From: Eledone cirrhosa
Taxonomy: Eukaryota
Length of the DNA: 64,000 bases
Reading direction: 5' to 3'
Assembly: GCA_964016885.1 (NCBI GenBank)
Contig: OZ024740.1
Coordinates: 36,394,001 to 36,458,000, forward strand
The notes under the pieces were generated by a model, which saw nothing but the letters and a program-made list of their open reading frames with translations, had not been told where the DNA came from and made no database searches. Below are positions 56,588 to 64,000 of this stretch, in pieces. The stretch's first letter is position 1. Each line of letters begins with the position of its first letter. The position numbers were made by a program, and so were the translations under genes.

Positions 56588-56623
56588 TCTTCTGGCGAAG
56601 GACTAGCGTTCGAAATGTTAAGA
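56588..56623 (+). ncRNA. Degenerate minimal type I hammerhead ribozyme
   Basis: tctt CTGGCGA a ggac-tagc-gttc GAAA tg TT aaga; A6 is changed to G. Confidence 0.6.
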
Positions 56624-56920
56624 CCCTCTTCCTGCTATATCAAGCGTTAACCTAATATATCCCTTCCATATACTGTACCGATTGTGTTGTTATTTCTGTT
56701 TACCTTTTACATACATACATACATATATATATATATATTTTTATATATATATAGGAAAAGAGTTAGGACTCCGACGGCTGAGCTTTGGCCGTTTTGACAG
56801 CTAGATCCGAACTAAGCCACCAGTGGCTTAGTTCGGATCCTGACTCTTTTCTTATTACCCACTCTATTACTCTGAGTATTGAGTACTCTGGTGCGTTATG
56901 GTCCACCTGATATCTTACGA

Positions 56921-57006
<86 letters not shown>

Positions 57007-57067
57007 TTAAGGTAAACATTGATCCAATTCAATTCAAGCACTCAACGTACTTTTTCCACTTAGGAGT

Positions 57068-57153
<86 letters not shown>

Positions 57154-57154
<1 letters not shown>

Positions 57155-58260
57155 TGAAACTCAGTACCCAGGACCTTAGACACCCAAAAGCAAACCAACC
57201 GAAACTAAAAGCTCTTCCATACATCTCCACACACAACCCCTCAACAATGAGGCCTTTGACACCATCCTCCAGAACATCCCTGTGTTACAGAAGAACCATA
57301 GAATGAACCAAATCCTTGGAACACACGATATCATAAAGAAGAAAAGACAATCTAAGTAAATGAAAACATCCTAACACATGCTAAGGTTCTACCAACGACA
57401 ACAACGAAACCCACAGTAAAAAAATGCGATAGACCCAACTGCGGCATATGCACCAACCTAATAGAGGGTTCGGAATTCTATTTCAAACGGGGACAACGTT
57501 TTATAGTAAAGCACAATTTCACATGCGCATCAGAAAACCTAATATATGTATTAACTTGCTCAGGTTGTCGAGAACAATACACATGCCAGACTAAGAACAG
57601 TCTCCGCCAACGCATGACTGTCCATAGATTCCAAATCAAAATACGGGAATACATAAAAATACCGCTGAGTGAACACATTGATACCTGTGCCGCCTAAAAT
57701 CATCCCAACTTTAGAATCTTTCCCCTCTACAAATGTAAAGATAATGCCACCCACACCCAGCGTATCAGCAAGGAATCTCACTTTATTAACAAATACGGAC
57801 CCCGTCTAAACACATCTCCCTAAGACGAACCCACAACATACACACGTCCACATACATACCTACATCAACATACATCCTACATACATTTCTATCCGCAAGT
57901 ATCCCATACGGCAGGGCCTAATGGATTTCTTTGCAGTACGTACAATCTGGACACACTCACACACACCTTGGTGTTATGACAATACTATACATCATTTCAC
58001 CTCTTTTAATATTGAACATTCACGTGACTTCTACCGACCAATCAAAATTATAGTGCTTATTCACGTGACATTCAACAACCAACCAAATCACTAACGCTCT
58101 ATCTCAAAATTATTTTTGAAAAGCATTTGAAAGGCGCTACCGGTAAAAAACTTAAAATTAACACTGAATACTAACCATTACTTATTACTAATTTATACTT
58201 ATTCTTAATTAAACTATTTTTCACTTGAAAAAATCTGTAAGCATTTTCTTTTCCTTTTTA

Positions 58261-58264
<4 letters not shown>
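57154..58264 (+). mobile_element. 5'-truncated Neptune-type Penelope-like element (zinc finger plus GIY-YIG endonuclease, 3' pLTR)
   Basis: Reads LPYISTHNP...KCDRPNCGIC...FTCASENLIYVLTCSGCREQY..QT...LRQRMTVHR...SEHIDTC...KESHFINKYGPRLN* (stop at 57821-57823), with internal stops and frameshifts; flanked by (TA)n. Confidence 0.9.
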
Positions 58265-58306
<42 letters not shown>

Positions 58307-58654
58307 TAACAGATTAAAGTTTAAGCAAAGAATCGCTTCTTTCAACCTTAACGGGGTCTTCTGAAACTAAAAAGATCAATCTGTGAACGCAGAAGTAAAT
58401 ATTTCGAAAAACGTTGCATCGAAGGAAGACAGCAAGACGATACTTTGGTTCGTGGAGACGTGCCTGGCAAAGAACGAAAAAAAACGAAGATAGTACGTCA
58501 TTATTTGGATCGGTGAGAACAATTACACGCAAAGACAAAACCACGTTTATGGTATAAATGGAGTCGTAGACTAATATTTTATTAGGTGGTTCGTGGAGAC
58601 GTTCCCTGGAAATGAACGGAAAAGCGAAGATAATACGTCATTATTTGGATCTTT

Positions 58655-58749
58655 GAGGTAAACTTTGCCTTTCATCCTTACGGGGTCGATAAAATAAAGT
58701 ACCAGTAATGCACTGGGTAATGGCTGGCCTTGTGCCAAACGTAGAAACA
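58655..58749 (+). mobile_element. 5'-truncated SINE inserted in the PLE 3' UTR
   Basis: Homologous to 61794-61888; target duplication attatttggatctttga at 58640-58656 and 58750-58766. Confidence 0.9.
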
Positions 58750-59533
58750 ATTATTTGGATCTTTGATAACAATTACATGCAAAGACAAAACCACGTTTAT
58801 GGTATAACTGAAGTCGTAGACTAAAATTAGTCGTAGATTAAAATTTAGGAAATCGAATGATTCTCGGCTTCAGAGTTAAGAATAATGTAAATAAATTACA
58901 GAGGTTAATGAAATCAACAATAATTAAATATATACATGCACGCATCCAAATACGTACATACATATGCATACGCGAAAACACCCGCCATGGGTATGCAAAT
59001 ACAGGCACGTACACAAAAACACGCGTACACATACGAAAACCCACGCAACACCTGTACCCGCACACATACGAACGTGTACACCAAATACACATAAAACTTA
59101 TATAAAAAAATATATAAACATGTGTGTGTGTGCGTGTATACATATAATTATATAAACGTATATAAATATACACACATAAATACTATATAACGCGCGCACA
59201 CACATACCCACATGTAAATACACATATGTTCGCTAAACGTACGTCAACTAAAAACACAAATTACACATATACACACTCTACATACGTACGAACCCGCATA
59301 CACACACAAACGCAAAACTCACGTATACACATAATCATAACCCATGTACCAGTATATATAATATGATATATACGCCTATAACAAATACAAGCAAATATAC
59401 ATACATGAAAGTATACGTACCTTCACAAAACATTCAGGTAATATATACTTACCTATACAAATAAGTAATGGCACAAACATAAAATATACTTAGCTACCAC
59501 ATCAAGACGTAAAATATCCGCGTATAGTTCGTA

Positions 59534-61581
59534 CTATCCGTTAGGGTATAACGTGGGGCTGTAATACAGGTGGTCATTGGCGTAGAGTATTTCCAAGCCT
59601 TCAGCGGCGCGGAAGTCACATGGTATTTTATTTCCGTTATACGATCTAGCTTTAGCTAGGATCTTCCAGTGTAACCTATATTGGGTGTGGTTGTCTTTTA
59701 GACTCCAGATATAAGCTGAAAGTGACGTCATATTCCTTCTTAAAGGGTTAAGAAAATAACGGGTATGCATGTAAAGACGCTGCTTGAATCTATTGGCGGT
59801 TAACCCTATGTAGGCCCTACGGGACGTGGGTGTTTCAACCTTACATTTGTAGACAATGTTACTAGAGAGGCATTTCCCGGATAGGGGGCAGTCAACCCGA
59901 TTCCTACAATTACAGTTAGTACTAGCTACAGGGTTTCCCGTGTTCCTACGGCTAGGTAATTTAGCCAAATTTGAAGCAGTGATGTTATGTGCAATACAAG
60001 GAGTCGTAGAATAAGAAATTTTAATGGTATTTCTATTAAAAATGTTATTATATTTATGTGCAGGAGGGAAATCCTTCATAATAAGGGAGAGAAAGATCTT
60101 AGGTGTGGCCACCTCCATATTATATTGTGGGTTATACCATATAATGCATCGGGATCTATTTCTCCTAGGTCTATGTTCATACTCGGTATATGCTACCTTA
60201 TCGACAAATCCACTACGAGCTAGAGCTTCATTGTAATATGAGAAATGGTCGGTGAAAATATGCTTGTTTGTAGATATACTGGAAAGCCTCAAAGAAACGT
60301 TTCTAAATAGGTTCTTGGTTATGCAGGCAGGATGGTTAGAATGCTTACTTACGTAATTAAGCGTATGATTCGGCTTTCTATACGGGTATTGCAAGCCATT
60401 CGACTTGGTAATTAACGACCGAGAGGTTGGCCTCAACCTATATGGAGAGGTTGAAGCCTTTAAAGAAGGCTGTGAGTTCTTTTCTGAACCTGTCGCAATC
60501 ACGTGGGCCGCACGTTGTCATGGTCAAAAGACCGTCATCACGGTATAAACCACCGCCTACGTTGGAGAATTCTTCCTTGATAGAGAAAAGTAGGAAAAGG
60601 CCGATAAGATCAGTAACCTCCGCAGAATCGCTGGCGCCCATACTCACGTCGAATGGGGTACTATCAGATTTTTTTATCCAAATAGAGTCGTCGAAATTAA
60701 TCACATACTTACGGGCATTGAGGATGACATCAACTTCGCAATCCTTAACCACTGTGAGCGTTTTAGCAAAATTGATAGCTCTAAGAAGAAGTGGTAAAGT
60801 GATGGAGGAGTAGTAATTATTGATGTCGAATTGGATAAAACAGCAATGTTCCTTGTTGCATATGCCGTTTAACCAATCAATCACCGCGAAAGAATTTTTC
60901 CATAGTGCAAGAGGGGCCAAGCTTCTAATTTCAGGTATAATTCTATCTAAAATCATTTTACTAAGTCTACCTAAATCGAACTTCGTAGGGTTAATGAGCC
61001 GAATAGAGGAGTTGTTCAGGAAGTTGGATGTGTGATCCTTCAGTGTAAAGTGGGGGAGAAATAGGGTCCAAATGTTCAGTCCGGTACATGATGTTGAGAT
61101 CAGAGGTGACTTTAAATCCAGCATCGTTGATGTCATTAATGACACTCCGATTAGTTTTACGGTAATCCTTAGTTACAGCATTATGTAGCAGTTGATGGTA
61201 AGTACTGCGTTCCACTTGATATAGATTGCCAGTTTTGTCGGAATGGACGTGCACGGCATTAGAATCCTTAATAGAACGAATTCTATTCTTCAGGTCCTGC
61301 TGGAAGGAATTGCTCCTATTCCGAAATCTGATAATCCGTATGAGTTCCAAGACATCATTTTCGAAGGGTAGCAATGCTGGGTTACACGGAGGGTTATTAT
61401 AGGTTTTAAACGCAAATTTATCCTGTTTGTTGTCCGCTTTTCCCTGATTATCGAAATAAAAGGCACGCCAACGCAACCTTTTAATGAACGCGTCTGTTTT
61501 CTGTATCAGCAGTTTTAGGTATGTTTTCCTGCTTGGTACGGGTATGTTCTTTGTAGAAATATTCAGATGTTGTTTCTGCAT
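59534..61581 (-). pseudogene. Naiad-type RT-GIY-YIG polyprotein, disrupted
   Basis: STKNIPVP, IKRLRWRA, SDKT, TLKDH, RLINP, FIQFDI, MGASDSAE, GLYRDDGL, SNHP, CNCRNRVDCPLSGKC, IVYKC..YIG. Frameshift near 61065; TAG at 60438 followed by a deletion. Confidence 0.92.
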
Positions 61582-61699
61582 GATGAATATAAGTCAATAG
61601 AGTGCTCAACCGAGGGAGCCAAATAGTAATAATAATAAATTATTATTACTGTATATATATATATATAGTAATAATAATAAATCATTATTACTATGCTTT

Positions 61700-61888
61700 G
61701 AAGGGCGGTGGATTAGCAGTATCGGTAGAGGGTCGGACGCCTTACAGTGTAGCACAGTTATGTCCCTTTACCGACTGAGTTCAAATCCCGCCGAGGTTAG
61801 CTTTGCTTTTCATCCTTACGGGGGTCGATAAAGTAAAGTACCAGTAATGTACTGGTTAATTGCTGGCCTAGTGCCAAAAATAGAAACA
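61700..61888 (+). mobile_element. tRNA-derived SINE (octopus-type)
   Basis: ggcggtggat TAGCAGTATCGG (A-box-like) ... GAGTTCAAATCC (B box); flanking duplication attattactat at 61684-61694 and 61889-61899. Confidence 0.9.
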
Positions 61889-61945
61889 ATTATTACTATA
61901 TATCTCTCTCTCTCTATATATATATATATTTAATATATATATATA

Positions 61946-62133
61946 TATAGTTGTAGGGTTGCAGATAAATGCTCCGTCCGACCGAGAAACATATGTAACA
62001 TGTTAATAAATTGTGCTTTGATTCATTACTGATTTCTCGTTCTTTATAATAGTATACTCTGCTCTGCGTGAGCATAGAGTGCTCAACCGACATACCGCCT
62101 ACCCACGCATTTATCTGCAACACTACAACTATA
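61946..62133. mobile_element. 188-bp element with 27-bp terminal inverted repeats in (TA)n
   Basis: tatagttgtagggttgcagataaatgc / gcatttatctgcaacactacaactata (1 mismatch). Confidence 0.65.
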
Positions 62134-62172
62134 TACATATATATAAATGCGTGTGTCTGTATAGTTGTGTAT

Positions 62173-62282
<110 letters not shown>

Positions 62283-62494
62283 ATAATTATGCACATACAC
62301 AGCTATACAGCGATAGAGGAGAGTATAGAGTATATAATTGCCAACAGGTTTTATACTAAGCTCAATATGTTTATCTGGTCACAGGTGGAAAAATAAAGAA
62401 GTTCTTAAGATTAGAAACAAAGCGCGATACATGTAAAACAGAAGATATACAATAAAACAGAATGATAGAATAGAGTTTCTAATACATTTACTGC

Positions 62495-62542
62495 TTTACA
62501 ACTGTTTCAATATTACATCTGATTATTACATCCTCAGGTAAA
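62495..62542 (-). ncRNA. Minimal type I hammerhead candidate
   Basis: tttac CTGAGGA ... GAAA cag TT gtaaa. The core and a 5-bp stem I are intact; stem II is weak. Confidence 0.5.
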
Positions 62543-62548
62543 AATAAT

Positions 62549-62763
62549 GATTTCTTATATAGGCACAAGGCCAATAATTTGGGGATATGGGAAGTCGATT
62601 AAATCGACCCCAGTATGTTACTGGTGCTTTATTTTATCAACCTCCATAAGGATGAAAGGCAAAGTTAACCTCAGCGGGATTTGAACTCAGACCGTAAAGG
62701 GCCATAACTTTATGCTTCAAAGCATGGTGTTCGACTCTCTACCGATACTGCCATCTACCATCC
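62549..62763 (-). mobile_element. tRNA-derived SINE, same family as 61700
   Basis: Contains gggatttgaactc (reverse-complement B box), ggatgaaaggcaaagt and gtcgattaaatcgac; imperfect flanking duplication tcag..aaaataat. Confidence 0.9.
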
Positions 62764-62939
62764 TCAGAAGAAAATAATACAAGTTTGAACGCATTTTTGT
62801 ATAAAATTATGTATCATAGGTTACAATACCTTACGAGAAGCAAATCCATGGAAAATAAAGAGAATACTGAAAAATGAAGCTCTATAGGCAAGATGCAGGC
62901 TATATACACATACATATTGTATTTATATATTACATTTCA

Positions 62940-63310
62940 ATACATACATACATACATACATACATACATACATACATACATACATACATACATACATACA
63001 TACATACATGATGGCTGCCAACTCGTTTTTGAGTACGGCCACTACTTTATATCCATGTAGGAGAACCCCTACCGATGCGCTGAACGAGTGTGACTTTTTA
63101 GTCCAGCCAGCGACTTGAAAACTCTGGTACAAACACTACAGTTGTGAACAATATTGACACATAGTGCTGGGCCCATGGTACCATGTGACGACAAGTGCAG
63201 AGAGATCTCCAGATATAAAGCAATCCCTGTGCCGTGAAGCTTTTATAGTGAGCAAAGGCACTGCACAAAGCCAGTCCCACTCTCTTAACCAAGATGATAT
63301 TTACCAAAAA
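62940..63310 (-). mobile_element. 3' end of an RTE-like LINE with (ATGT)n tail
   Basis: The minus strand encodes CSVCTRVFKSLAGLKSHTRSAHR* (C2H2-like C-terminus), followed by a short UTR and (ATGT)n. Confidence 0.7.
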
Positions 63311-63327
63311 GAACAAGTCAACATCAT

Positions 63328-63404
<77 letters not shown>

Positions 63405-63469
63405 AATGGAATAGAATCAAACGAAATTTCATTTCTCACTCTTAGTACGGCACTTACTTAAATGTAAGT

Positions 63470-63632
63470 ATGTATGTATACACATACATACACATACATA
63501 CACATACACTTACATACACACACACATATATATACAATAAATATACATATATATACATATACATACACATATGTATACATATACACATACATATACATAC
63601 ATATACATACATACATATACACATATATACAC

Positions 63633-63671
<39 letters not shown>

Positions 63672-63958
63672 CACACATATACATACATATATACATATAC
63701 ATATACATATATACACACATACATACATATACACATATACATACATATACACATATACATACACACACATATATATACACATATATACATATACATACAT
63801 ACACATACATATATATACACATATATACACATACATATACACATATACATATACATATATACATATATACATACACACACACACATACATACATACATAC
63901 ATACATACATACATACATACATACATACATACATACATACATACATACATACATACAT
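63470..63958. repeat. Compound (CATATA)n/(CATA)n microsatellite
   Basis: Read directly; it accounts for the YVCM/ICIC-type ORFs. Confidence 0.95.
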
Positions 63959-64000
63959 GGTGGCTGCCAACTCGTTTTCGAGTACGGCCACTACTTTATA
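63958..64000 (-). mobile_element. Second copy of the same LINE 3' end, running off the window
   Basis: tggctgccaactcgtttt(c/t)gagtacggccactactttata at 63961 matches 63012. Confidence 0.75.

Larger units (their letters stand above)
58301..61650 (-). mobile_element. Near full-length Naiad-type Penelope-like element
   Basis: RT plus C-terminal GIY-YIG ORF, 1.2-kb 3' UTR with ~140-bp subrepeats, hammerhead-like motif at 58318-58368, short terminal hairpin at 61625-61650, and (TA)n flanks. Confidence 0.92.

Noticed and set aside
60438-60440. Selenocysteine or readthrough codon in the Naiad ORF
   Set aside because: The stop is TAG and is followed by a frameshifting deletion, which indicates ordinary decay.
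63065-63150. Host C2H2 zinc-finger gene
   Set aside because: A single finger followed by a stop, a short UTR and an (ATGT)n tail fits an RTE LINE 3' end.

Overview
Eukaryotic, AT-rich, microsatellite-dense DNA. The tRNA-derived SINEs resemble those of octopus, so a coleoid cephalopod is likely (recalled, not searched). About 63% of the window (6342-46620) is one uninterrupted tandem satellite with a 22-bp monomer (GGAGAGTGAAACTACATACTGT, about 1,830 copies) and nested higher-order periods (330, 748, 1604, 2441 and 4281 bp). Both flanks are mosaics of decayed mobile elements between (TA)n/(TG)n/(CATA)n tracts. They include several Penelope-like element (PLE) families (a near full-length Naiad-type copy, a Neptune-type fragment and many pLTR pieces), RTE LINE remnants, a Helitron helicase remnant, a hAT transposon with both ends, and four SINEs. 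The main structure the ORF track misses is about a dozen hammerhead-ribozyme motifs, including a type II topology, a CAGAAGA core variant present in all three copies of one family, and one with a very long stem II. These motifs co-occur with fold-back (inverted) copies of PLE 3' ends of 12-320 bp. No intact host gene is evident; one candidate 68-nt exon is noted. All structures were read by eye and coordinates may be off by a few nt.
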